Assembly: GCA_951406725.2 (NCBI GenBank)
Contig: OX597821.1
Location: 77,686,001-77,750,000, forward strand
Direction of reading: 5' to 3'
Source of the DNA: Octopus vulgaris
Lineage: Eukaryota
Length of the DNA stretch: 64,000 bases
Made by a program: the position numbers and the translations under genes. This document shows positions 1 to 11,142 of the stretch, piece by piece; the first letter of the stretch is position 1; every line of letters starts with the position of its first letter. The notes under the pieces are model-generated. The model did no database searches. It was not told the DNA's origin and saw only the letters and a list, made by a program, of their open reading frames with translations.

Positions 1-1106
1 AAATAGGACGGAAAAATAATTGCATATTGGTTTGAGGAATGTTTGATAATAATCATTTAAGAATACAAGAATCTTTGATTTTCCCTGACTATATTCAACC
101 TGGTTATGTAGTCAAAACTTGCAAAACGTTTGTAAGCTTTCTTCCCAAATAATGGTTCATTTACAAGTTTTAGGAAATATTTTTCTTCAAAACATATTAA
201 ATTGGGTTGTTTAGGACTTCACACCAAGTACTCTGTAGAGTTCATTGAATTAATACTCATAGATACTTAAGTGCAGGCTGTGTGGTTAGAACTTGTAGTG
301 TGAGAAAGTATATATATTTGATAGTGTGATGTAACTCTTTGGAATAACAATGCATGCGGCTGAAGAGAGCTTTAAACTATCTTTTATAAAGCAGATGAGG
401 GCTGTTCAAATGATTATGTTTCTATTGCTTATTGTACCAACTGATGCAGATATTTTTTTATCAGTGGGAACACTTACATCTTAATGTGCAAGTGGCTGAG
501 CACTCCATAGTAGCTGTCCACCGAAGTTCCATATAATATGGGAATGAAAAAGGAAAAGGAGGAAAATACAATGTTACTAAAACAAAGACACATTCACAAG
601 TAGACAAACAAATGGTTTGATTAGGGTATAATCAATTTGGCGAGGAAACTAAAGAGAAAATATTACGACGATGACCACCACAGATCTACAATGGAAGAAT
701 TCACCACGTGTAGTTGAGGGTAAAAGAAATCGTTGAACGACAGTAAGTACGTCCAAAATTTATAAAGCAGTGACATACATACATACATAGATACTTGTAG
801 CACACATGTATATACATGCAGAGTGAAAATAAATCACACTATTTAATGTGACGGACTACACTGCAAAAAAATCAAAAATTTCATTTCTGTTTACAAACTT
901 TCTCCGTGTCTATACGCACAAATACTTTTATGTATACACACGCAATATTTAAGAAAAAAAGGAATATACACAAAAAAGAACGAAACATGTGTATATACAC
1001 ACACAATATTTAAGAACAAGGAATATACACAAAAAAGAACGAATCAAAACAAATATTTTATATTTTACTTTTATCGTATTGTTGTTTACATTTTCTGTCT
1101 CTACGG

Positions 1107-2214
1107 ATGACCAGAACCAACAGAATCGCCATGGTGAAATCCATAGCGGCGTGCGATAAGACTGGTCGCTGCTCTAAAATAGAACACTGCCCAGAAAATC
1201 ACACCTGCCACATCTGTACGGAACCCGAAAATACGTTCCGTAATCGCTGGGTCGAATGTGGGACATGTCTCATCTCTGTCTGCCTCCAATGTGCCACGGA
1301 CTTTCAGAAGATCCCAGGCCAAAAAAAGAGCCATCATAATGCTATGATGGATAGACTCTGGAAGTTGGTTCAGCTTAAATCTTGGACTTTTCAGTGTCAG
1401 GCCTGCGTGCCTCCACAACCGACGATTGTGTCTCCCCCTGCCACTCCCGTGGAGGAGGCGGAACAGCAACAGCAGCAACAACAAAATCAACCACAACCAG
1501 AGCAGCAGCAACAACAAAATCAACCACAACCAGAGCAGCAGCAACAACAACATCAACAACAAAATCAACCACAACCAGAGCAACAACAACAACACCAATT
1601 GACCAGTGCGGTTCTTGCAGAACTGCAACAATCGATCTGTGCTTTAAAAGGGGAAGTAGCAGGAATAAAAGCAACCATTCAGGTTGGACTCCACAATGAG
1701 GGGTCTTATCGGAATGCTCTGCTAAAGAACCTCCCTGTACCTGTACCTCTTGTCGCATTTAAGACCGCGGATTCTGCCACCCATGAAGTCATTGCCATTG
1801 GGGTGCCAGAAGACATGGCTGATCTTCAGGCTTTTGCTGCCAACTCAGCCAAAGACCTAGGCTGCGTTCCCCCAACGGGTGCTATCCGCCTTGGACGACC
1901 TGGCCCAAAACCTAGGCTCATCAAGTTGTCTTTTACGGACCCCACTGAGGCAACCTCTTACCATCTGGCCTCAGTTAAAGCTGGGCGGGAAAATCGGACC
2001 ACCTTCCGAACACGCCCAGGCTTACCGTCCGAAGCTACGTGTAGTGGCTTCCCTGAATAGGAACTCAGCTCTACAGGAAAGCTTCAGTCTTCGGGAAGAT
2101 GGACAAATCTGGAGATTTGTCAAGACTGCTGAAACGTGGAAGAGAGATACCAGCTGGTCTGAGTGCTCTCTACCCACAATAACTAAAAAGACTACAGCAA
2201 CTCAGGGAAACTAA
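1107..2214 (+). CDS. LINE ORF1p (PHD-like Zn finger, polyQ/QP linker, coiled coil, RRM-like region), split by a 1-nt frameshift near 2030
   Basis: CHIC..WVECGTC..C..C..FQCQAC finger and RLGRPGPKPRLIKLSF motif typical of CR1-group ORF1. ORF 1107-2060 appears to continue in the frame of 1879-2214 (LRVVASLNRN...QGN*). Confidence 0.8.
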
Positions 2215-5036
2215 GCCAGAACAACCTGCCATCCTCTACACACCATCATAAACTGCGAGCAGGGTACAAATTGTTGTCCTTAAATGCTAGCAGTTTATGC
2301 AACAAAATACATTTGTTCAACGCCTACGTCAGAAGTGTTGACCCTGACTTCATCACTGTCACGGAAACATGGGCGCATTCCTTACTCTGTGATGGGGTTT
2401 TCAACATTACGGGGTACAACCTCTTCCGTAAGGACCGCACTAACCGCCGTGGTGGTGGTGTGATGGTCTACGTTCGTTCAAATTTTTTGGTAATTCCTTG
2501 TGCCGATTTGAACGAATCACAAGAAGAAGTTTTTTTCTGTGACGTGCGTATGACCATGTCAACACTCCTGCTTGGCGTTGTTTATCGTCCCCCAAGTTAC
2601 CATCGGGACACACAGCTTTGCAATGTCCTCCGAGCTGCTGCCAGGAAAACAGCCACTTATGTGTTTATTGCAGGCGATTTCAATCATCCTGAGATCGATT
2701 GGGAGACCTTCCATTGGCCACAGAGTGCAAACGATTTTGTTGAGCTTGTGCTGGACTCAAACTGGTCACAAGTAGTCACCTCTCCAACAAGAGGCGACAA
2801 CACCTTGGACCTGCTCTTCACCACAACTCCTGAAGCAGTTATCAATTGCACTACGGAGGAACCTCTAGGTGACTCTGATCATGCTATGATCATCGCCAAT
2901 CTGGCTCTTGCGGGCAACAAAAACCTGAACCATCTCCAATCTGCTTCCTTCGATTGGAAGAGAGCAGATTGGAACCTGTACCACACTGAACTACAGCACC
3001 CAAACTGGCGTGAATTCTACAACTCTGGAGATGTGAATACTATACTCCAGAGTATCCTGGACTCAATATGGGCAGCATGTGCAGCATCAGTGCCACGTAA
3101 ACAAAAAAAGAAGAACCGCCCCAAAAGGGCAATTTGGGAAACTTCAGCGGTCCGACTTGCCAGGAGGGAACGTCGGACTGCTGAACGGGAATACAGGTTG
3201 CATAAATCAGACACCAACAGGAAGAAGCGGAATAAATCCTCCAACCATCTCAAGCAGGTGACAAAAAAGGCAGTGCTTGAATTTGAACAGTGCATAGCAG
3301 CCAATCCTGACAGCAAGGTTTTCTGGAAATATGTGCACTCAAAGCAGAGACCTCACTCTCCAGTGGGCCCTCTTCGCAACCCTCACACAAACCAGATCAC
3401 TGACGACCCCAAGGAATGCGCAGAACTCATTGCCGAGTGCTATGCAAACATATTCACTGTTGAAAGTCAAAATGTACCATCTTCACCATCACTAACAGCA
3501 AACTCCATAACAACTATGGAATTTACACCTGCAATGCTGCGACGTCACCTTCAAAATAAGCGCAACTATGCCTCCCCTGGTCTCGATGGAGTTACATACC
3601 TGCTTCTCAAACGTGGCAGGCACTTCCTTTTACACCAGCTTTCTATTTTCTTCCAGTACTGTCTCAACAATGGTGCTACTCCGGAGCAGTGGAAAACTGC
3701 CAGTGTCATTCCTCTGTTCAAAAAGGGCGACCGCACATCACCTGTCAACTATCACCCAGTCAGTCTCACTAGCTGTATTGCAAAACTGATGGAATCGTGT
3801 GTCAGAGAAACACTCTGGAACTTCTGGAGCTCTCACAGTCTCATCCGACCCTCACAATATGGATTTGTCCCTAACTCCAGCTGCAGTGACCAGCTTGTCG
3901 AGTTCCTTGAGGACATTACTCAGATTACTGACAGTGGCTCATGGGTGGATGTTGTCTACCTTGACTTTGCTAAGGCTTTCAACTCTGTGCCACACAAAAG
4001 GCTTATGGTGAAACTCTCTGCAATGGGTGTGGGGGATGACCTTTTTAACTGGTTGAAATCCTTCATCCTCAGCCGAAAGGAGGTAGTCACAGTTCTAGGA
4101 CAGCACTCTACACCATATGAGATGTCATCGGGTGTACCACAGGGATCTGTCCTTGGTCCCCTCTTGTTTGTGGCATACATTAACGACATAGATGCCAATT
4201 TAAAGAATGCCACAGTATTGAAATATGCAGACGACATCAAGCTGTACCTTGAAATCAAGAGGACAGATCCTGATGTCTACAACTCTTTCCTGCAATCAGA
4301 CCTAGACACAATGCAGCAATGGATCACAGACTGGCAACTGAAACTGGCTGTGGACAAGTGTACCACCATGCATTTTGGGAGAAAAAACCCTGCGTTCACA
4401 TACTCCCTCCACAACACTGATATCAAGAAATCCTCTTGTGAGCGTGACCTAGGCATCACTGTCAGCAGTGATTTGCGTTGGTCAAAGCATATCTCTAAGA
4501 TTGTCAGGAAGGCCGAGGGTGTCTTGGCATCACTCAGCAGGTCTTTTGTTAGCCGCTCTCCAGCCATCTATTTAAAACTGTATACAGCTATGGTACGACC
4601 ACACTTGGAATTCGCATCATCAGTTTGGAACCCCTATCTTGCACAGAACATTGACCTCCTGGAATCTGTCCAGAGACGTGCAACCAAACGCATACCCTCC
4701 ATCAGACACCTACCATATTCTGAGCGCCTTGTTTCCCTGGGCATGGATTCACTGAAGCTCCGGCGTTTGGCGACGGACTTGGTAAACACCCACAAAGTTA
4801 TCAACCACCTCACCAACAACAACACTGAACACCTTTTTGATCTCCATGTGTCTAACACACGTGGACATGCCTACAAAGTCAGAAAACAATACAGCTCCCA
4901 TGACTTTCGGAAACATTTTTTCACGCTCAGAGTTGCTGAAGCATGGAATAAACTGCCTGCGTCAGTTGTTGACTGCCATGACACTGCATCTTTTAAGGCC
5001 CTCATGCTTTCCGAAATCCGCCGAAACTACACCTGA
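2187..5036 (+). CDS. LINE ORF2p: apurinic-like endonuclease + reverse transcriptase (CR1 clade)
   Basis: APE motifs (LNASS, VTETW, GDFN, LDLL, SDH), RT motifs (QYGF, LDFAKAF, GVPQGSVLGP, YADD), CR1 C-terminus (TRGH..RKHFF..RV..WNKLP). Frame is open from 2187; ORF track starts at TTG 2271. Confidence 0.97.
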   Translation, partial: KDYSNSGKLSQNNLPSSTHHHKLRAGYKLLSLNASSLCNKIHLFNAYVRSVDPDFITVTETWAHSLLCDGVFNITGYNLFRKDRTNRRGGGVMVYVRSNFLVIPCADLNESQEEVFFCDVRMTMSTLLLGVVYRPPSYHRDTQLCNVLRAAARKTATYVFIAGDFNHPEIDWETFHWPQSANDFVELVLDSNWSQVVTSPTRGDNTLDLLFTTTPEAVINCTTEEPLGDSDHAMIIANLALAGNKNLNHLQSASFDWKRADWNLYHTELQHPNWREFYNSGDVNTILQSILDSIWAACAASVPRKQKKKNRPKRAIWETSAVRLARRERRTAEREYRLHKSDTNRKKRNKSSNHLKQVTKKAVLEFEQCIAANPDSKVFWKYVHSKQRPHSPVGPLRNPHTNQITDDPKECAELIAECYANIFTVESQNVPSSPSLTANSITTMEFTPAMLRRHLQNKRNYASPGLDGVTYLLLKRGRHFLLHQLSIFFQYCLNNGATPEQWKTASVIPLFKKGDRTSPVNYHPVSLTSCIAKLMESCVRETLWNFWSSHSLIRPSQYGFVPNSSCSDQLVEFLEDITQITDSGSWVDVVYLDFAKAFNSVPHKRLMVKLSAMGVGDDLFNWLKSFILSRKEVVTVLGQHSTPYEMSSGVPQGSVLGPLLFVAYINDIDANLKNATVLKYADDIKLYLEIKRTDPDVYNSFLQSDLDTMQQWITDWQLKLAVDKCTTMHFGRKNPAFTYSLHNTDIKKSSCERDLGITVSSDLRWSKHISKIVRKAEGVLASLSRSFVSRSPAIYLKLYTAMVRPHLEFASSVWNPYLAQNIDLLESVQRRATKRIPSIRHLPYSERLVSLGMDSLKLRRLATDLVNTHKVINHLTNNNTEHLFDLHVSNTRGHAYKVRKQYSSHDFRKHFFTLRVAEAWNKLPASVVDCHDTASFKALMLSEIRRNYT

Positions 5037-5241
5037 TTATATATACACTTTAGATGAGTTGTAGTGCACCTGAGCACTGTACACAATTATTATTATTATT
5101 ATATAACTCTGCTTCTCAACCACGTGGTTCTGAGTTCAGTCCTGCTGCATGGTATCTTAGGCAAGTGTCTTCTACTATAGCTTCAGGCTAACCAAAGCCT
5201 TCTGGGTGGATTTGGTAGGTGGAAATTAAAAGATGCCTGTT

Positions 5242-5283
<42 letters not shown>

Positions 5284-5284
<1 letters not shown>

Positions 5285-5774
5285 GATGGTGAGTTAAAAA
5301 GTAATGCCATTTTGTTTAGGACAGGTATAATTACCAACACAGGAACATGTATCATACATCAAAATGAAGCTGGTCCTCTGTGGATCACATCCCTACTTCT
5401 CAACATAGTCACCGTTTCTCTCAATAGCAATGTTCCACCTTTGAATGAGAGCATGTGTCCCTGCCCTGTAAAATTCTGTTGACTGTTCTTTGAGCTACTT
5501 CTTCACTACAGTTTTCACTTCCTCATCACCAGATTTAGCACCTTCAGACTATCATCTCTTTGGCCCCATAAAAGAGGGTTTGAGAGGCAAACATTTCAGT
5601 GATGAAGCAGTGAAAACTATTGAAATGGCTCAAAGAACGGTCAACAGAATGTTACGGGGCAGGGACACATGCTCTCATATGAAGGTGGATCCACTTTCAT
5701 GTATGATACATGTTCCTGTATTGGTAATTATACCTGTCCTAAATAAAATGGCATTACTTTTTGGCTCACCCTCG
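5284..5774 (+). mobile_element. Internally deleted mariner element with long TIRs
   Basis: ~75-bp imperfect TIRs (..ggtgagttaaaaagtaatgccatttt / aaaatggcattactttttggctcaccctcg), TA flanks, remnant SPDLAPSDYHLF motif. Confidence 0.9.
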
Positions 5775-5796
5775 TATACATACATATATATATATA

Positions 5797-6362
5797 TTGG
5801 GTTGTCCAGAAAGTTAGTGCCGATTTTTAAAGGAAAGAAAAAGGTCAATAAATACTTGCCATTACACTTTTAATCGACTAAATATGAACCATTTTGTTGC
5901 ACAATGCATCTCCATCTTTCCTTTAACTTGAAAATACCCTCTTCCCAGAATTGAGAGGGTTTCATGGCAAAGAATTCATCAAGGTATCTTTTTACATCAT
6001 CCAAGGAATTGAAATTTTTACCATTAAGACTATTCTGCAGAGACCTGAATAAGTGGAAATCCGAAGGAGCAACATCTGGTGAATATGGAGGGTGGGGTAA
6101 CACATCCCAGATGAGCTGCAGCAATTTTTGTCTGGTTCCCAAAGCATCAAGTGCTGAAAATGAACTATCTCATCTTCCATTTTAAAGGGTTACAGAATTA
6201 ACACAGGTTATAAGAACATAAACTTTCTTCCACAAAAAGATAGCTTAAACTGTGCTCTAAATGGAGGTGTAGTCAAATTCTATTTTATGGACTCAACCAT
6301 GTTCTAAAATAAGTCGAAAGGTAAGCTACTATAAATCGACACAAACTTTCCGGACAACCCAA
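5797..6362 (-). mobile_element. Non-autonomous mariner element
   Basis: TIRs ttgggttgtccagaaagtt / aactttccggacaacccaa, TA TSD; ORF 5870-6142 has WDVLPHPPYSPDVAPSDFHLF. Confidence 0.93.
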
Positions 6363-6711
6363 TATTTATAAATTGTGTCTGTGTTTGTCCCTGTTGCTGT
6401 TTGACAACTGGTGTTGGTGTGTTTACATTTGCATAACTTAGCAGTTTGACAAAAGAGAGTAAATAAGTACCAAGCTTTGAAAAAAAAAGAAAAGTACCAG
6501 GCCTGATATGTTTAACTAAAATTCTTCAAGGCAGTGCCGTAGTGTGGAATGCAGTCAAGTGACCGAAACAAGTAAAAGGTATAAGAGTATTGTTTTAACT
6601 TTCAAAAAGATGGAAGTTAAACCTGATAGGATTTGAACACAGATCAAGAAGTGAAATTAAATACTGCAGAGCATTCAGTGAGGTGCTCGACCAGCTTACC
6701 ATCCTACCAAT

Positions 6712-7025
6712 ATCATCATCATCATTTAACATCCATTGTCCATGCTGGCATGGGTTGGACGGTTTAACCAGAGCTGGAAGGCTGTGCCAAGCTCCAGTCT
6801 GATTTGGTATCGTTTCCTACAGTTGGATGCCCTTCCTAACATAAACCACTCAGAGTGTAATGGATATTTTTATGTGCCACTGGCACAGGTGCCATTTGCA
6901 TGACACTGGTATCTGCCCCAACAGCTTGGCTTGGTGGGTCTTCTCAAGCACAACATAATGCCAAAGCTCTTGGTCATTGCCTCTGTGAGGCCCAAAACTT
7001 GAAAGGAACTTGGCCACTTTGCCCC
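6712..7025 (-). mobile_element. RTE-LINE 3' end fragment (family C)
   Basis: (CAT)n-tttaac-tcc..ccatgctggcatgggttggacgg..ggatgcccttcctaa, shared with many copies. Confidence 0.75.
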
Positions 7026-7029
7026 CTTA

Positions 7030-7352
7030 ATATTTCATACACCTGTCCAAAGCATTCTCGTGAATTTGGTCCTAAACGATATGCTTGTTTTTCTCACTAA
7101 TGAACCTTTTTTGGGACCAAATAGTGACTAGTGACAAGAAATGGGTTCTCTAGAAAAATGTCAAGCATCAAAGATGGGGTACAGAAAAGAGAAACACCGG
7201 AAACCCAAGCTAAAGGTCTTTACCCACTTAAGGTGCTGTTACCTGTTGGGTGGAATATGAACGGTCTGATCCACTTTGAACTTTAAAACTCAAACCAAAC
7301 AACAGCAAGGGAGATCTACTGCGAGCAGCTTAAGTCAGCGCTAGAAGAACCT
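7030..7352 (+). pseudogene. Mariner transposase fragment
   Basis: Degenerate QIVTSDKKWV...GLIHFEL...EIYCEQL; inverted copy at 10603-10918. Confidence 0.8.
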
Positions 7353-7436
7353 TACTTTATATGTTCTGAATAATAAAGAAAAAAGCCTTCCTCTTGTAAG
7401 TCCCAAGTTACTTTGGTATTTGAAAAACATTGAGAA

Positions 7437-7910
7437 TCATCGTTGTCGTTTAACATCTGCTTTCCATGCTGGCATGGGTTGGACGGTTTAACTGAGGTCT
7501 GGCAAGCCAGGAGGCAGCACCAGGCTCCAATCTGATCTGGCAAAGTTTCTACAGCTGGATGCCCTTCCTAATGCCAACCACTCTGAGAATGTAGTGGGTG
7601 CTTTTTATGTTCCACTGGCACAAGGGCCAGTCAGGTGGTACTGGCGTTGACCATGCTCAAATGGTGCCTTTTATGTGCTACAAGCATGGGAGCCAGTCAG
7701 GTGGCACTGACATTGACCATACTTAAATGGTGCTTTTTACATGCCACTGGCATGGAACCAGTCAGGCAGCACTGGCAACGTTCACGCTTGAATAGTGCTT
7801 TTTACATGCCACCGGCACTGGTATCAGCCATGCTCAAATGGTGCTTTTTACTTCCCACCTGCACAGGAGCCAGTCAGGCGGCACTGGCAATGATCATGCT
7901 TGAATGGTGC
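7437..7910 (-). mobile_element. RTE-LINE 3' end (family C) with tandem internal subrepeats
   Basis: Family C tail plus several ~55-60 bp ggagccagtcagg..tggtgcttttta subrepeats. Confidence 0.8.
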
Positions 7911-8372
7911 GGACGCCAGGGAAATATGTCCTGTGTATTGTGTTATACTGGACAGGCAAAGGGTTAATAGTTTCAATTTGATTTAGTTGAGCTTTATTTT
8001 ATACAAATACATAAAAACTAAACTGCATTTGAACAACCTCTACATAGTTGCTGAACCCACTAGAAATAGCAGCCAATTTTCTCTCAAGTAACACCTTGTC
8101 ATATAAGAAAACGAAATATTACTAGAAGTGTTCTTGATGCTCTTAAGATAGTATGGCCATGACTGGAATGTCTTTTCTTTATGAGTTATGCTCTGAGTTG
8201 ATTGAGGCTAAACAACACATCAATCAACATGTGACTTATTTCAATGGCTCCAGAGGCAGAGAAAGGCAAAAGTAACTACAGTGAATTTTAAATACAGACA
8301 GACAGGGTTCCATCCCACTGGCATCTTGAGCAAGTTTCTCTTGTACCATAGCCCTGGACTGACTTGATGCCA

Positions 8373-8416
<44 letters not shown>

Positions 8417-8419
<3 letters not shown>

Positions 8420-8815
8420 TTTTAATCTATTACTTGTTTCAGTCATTTGACTGTGGCCATGCTGGAGCACTGACTTTAATTGAACAAATCGATCCCAGAA
8501 CTTATTCTTTGTAAGCCTAGTACTTATTCTATCGCTCTCTTTGGCCAAACCACTAAGTTACTGGGACATAAACACACCAACATCGGTTGTCAAGCGATAG
8601 TGGGGGACAAACATAGGCACACACACACACATATATATATATATATACATACGACAGGCTTCTTTCAGTTTCCATCTCACCAAATCCATTCACAAGGTTT
8701 TGGTTGGCCCAAAGCTACTGTAGAAGACACTTGCCCAAGGTGCCACGTAGTGAAACAGAACCTGGAACCATGTGGTTGGGAGGCAAGCTTCTTACCACAC
8801 AACCACTCCTGCGCC
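8417..8815 (-). mobile_element. SINE family A, full length
   Basis: Reverse complement of ggcgcaggagtgg..ggttccaggttc..gaaacaagtaa; tRNA-like A/B boxes. Confidence 0.88.
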
Positions 8816-9621
8816 TATATATATAACATTCATCTCTGTGTTTGTTCAACACTGTTACTTGACAACCAGTGCTGGTTTATTTATGTCCCTGTGACTTTGA
8901 GACTGATACCAATAAGTACCAGCTCCAGCTTGGCCATAGTCCAGTGACTGAAACGAGATATAAAGGGATGAAACCAAACCCTCAGAAATTCATCGCCTGA
9001 CTCTGCCTGCCACTCCAGCTCCTTAAATGTCATTCACAACATCAAGATCTCATCAGCTTAGAACCTAATGAATTTACTCGACCAATCAGGAGACCCTGAA
9101 ATGCTTTATGGATAAGGAGTTATCTCCCTTGCTGGAGATAGTTAACTGCCTGATAGAAACTGAGGAAAGATATAAATGCCAGCATGGAAAACCAGATGTA
9201 AAACATACAAAAGACTGCCATTGGGCAACTGTACAAAATAATCTTCTGTTGCAATGAAATGAAGAGATGCACTTAAATTGACATTTAACAAAATGGTTGT
9301 TCTCACGACGCCTATTGACTTCATCTGTAGCTTGAGTGCTTTAATGAAAGGCCATAAAAGGATTGTCTTTTCCCTCTGATACAGATGTAACACATTTTGT
9401 ACATACAGTGGTATATGTAGGGGCAGAAATGGCTGTGTGATAAGAGGTTTGGCTCCCATCCGCTTGGTCTGTGGTTAAGTCCCACTGCATGGTACCTTGG
9501 GCAAGTGTTTTCTGTTATAGCCCTGGATTGCTGAGGATTTGTGAGTAAATTTGGTAGCTGGAAACTGAAAGCAGCTTATCATGTGTGTGTGAGTGTGCCT
9601 GTGTTTCCTTGCTCTGACGTC

Positions 9622-9960
9622 CATCATCATCATCATCATCATTGTCAGCGTCGTTTAACGTCCGCTTTCCATGCTGGCATGGTTTGAATGGTTCGACTGG
9701 AGTCTGGGAAGCCAGGAGGCTGCACCAGGCTCCAGTTTGATCTGGCAGTGTTTCTACAGCCAGATACCCTTCCTAACGCCAACCACTCCATGAGTGTAGT
9801 GGGTGCTTTTTATGTGCCAGGCGAGGCTGGCAATGGCCACGATCAGTTGGTGCTTTTTACGTTCCACCAGCACAGAGGCCAGTCGAGGCAGCACTGGCAA
9901 CAGCCACGTTCGGATGGTGCTTTTTACGTGCCACCGGCACTGGTATCACAACTACAATTT
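9622..9960 (-). mobile_element. RTE-LINE 3' end (family C)
   Basis: Matches family C copies. Confidence 0.8.
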
Positions 9961-10602
9961 CCGTTGAGTAACACCATCTGCTTGCAGGGTGGTGTCCCTA
10001 AAGTTCTGTGGAAACATGTCTGGGGTCATGGGGAAATATTTCCTTATTTGGAAATAGGTGAGGATTGGCAACAAGAAGGCCATCCAACTATAGAAAAATC
10101 TACTTCAATAAACTCTTCCTGACTTATGCAAGCATGGAAAATGATGATTTTATAAACACACACACACACAGATTTAGTGACTGAGTAACAATACTTGGAG
10201 AGGAGAACACATTCATAACATTATATTTTACTCTATGTAGCCTATAATTATGTTAAAAGATAAATACCAGAATGCTTGAATTATTGACAGAACCCAGCCC
10301 TGTAACTTCTCAATATTTGCATTACTGAGAATGTCAAGGATCATGAGACTTCACTATTTCAATATTGATAACAGAACATCACTAAAATCTCTGATAATGA
10401 CATTTAACAGTCCTTAAGGTATTGCTCTCACTGTTATTACAAACCTTGTTCATATTAAGGAGTTTCATATTTATGCAAGTCATATTGTCCACTTTTTTTT
10501 AAACTACATATATGGTATGGCTTAATATAGACACCAGCAGCAGGGATATTTGCTGACTTGCAAGGGGAAGGCTTTTTTTTTTATTACTCAGAACATATAA
10601 AA

Positions 10603-10918
10603 CAAGGTTCTTCCAGCACTGACTTAAGCTGCTCGCAGTAGATCTCCCTTGCTATTGTTTGGTTTCAGTTTAAAAGTTCAAGTGGACCAGACCTTTCATA
10701 TTCAACCAAACAGGTAACAACACCTTATGTGGGTAAAGACCTTTAGCCTGGGATGCTGGTGTTTCTCCTTTCTGTACTCCGTCTTTGATACTTGACATTT
10801 TTCTGGGGAGCCCATTTCTTGTCACTAGTCATTATTTGGTCAGTGAGAAAAACAAGCATATCGTTTAGGACCAAATTCACGAGAATGCTTTGGACAGGCA
10901 GTGGGTGTATGAAATATT
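10603..10918 (-). pseudogene. Mariner transposase fragment (inverted copy of 7030-7352)
   Basis: Reverse-complement similarity over ~300 bp. Confidence 0.8.
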
Positions 10919-11142
10919 GCTTACGAATTGAACCTGTAATACTGTGTTCAGATCAAAAGCAAGCATAAACTCCTTAACAGTATTTTATCAGGAACTGATG
11001 AGATCAGCAAACAACTAACCATTCAAGTTCTTGGTAGAAACATCTAGAACTTGTTTTAATCAATAGTTAGGCTGACCAGAGGAAATACAACAAACCCAAC
11101 AGATGCTTAACTCTTGAGAATTCCAATTTTAAACAACATATT

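Larger units (their letters stand above)
900..5100 (+). mobile_element. Near-full-length CR1-clade LINE (5' boundary approximate)
   Basis: Two-ORF layout, 5'UTR with duplicated ~56-bp unit (931-985, 988-1043), very short 3'UTR with stem-loop and (ATT)n tail ending ~5100. No TSD identified. Confidence 0.93.
5110..6585 (+). mobile_element. tRNA-derived SINE family A, interrupted by two mariner elements
   Basis: Head (gagttcagtcc..ggcaagtgtcttctactatagc) 5110-5240 and tail (..gaaacaagtaaaag) 6370-6585 match intact copies such as 38257-38662. Confidence 0.8.

Noticed and set aside
1101-4858. Antisense and alternative-frame ORFs within the LINE
   Set aside because: Shadows of ORF1/ORF2 and the CAG/CAA tract.
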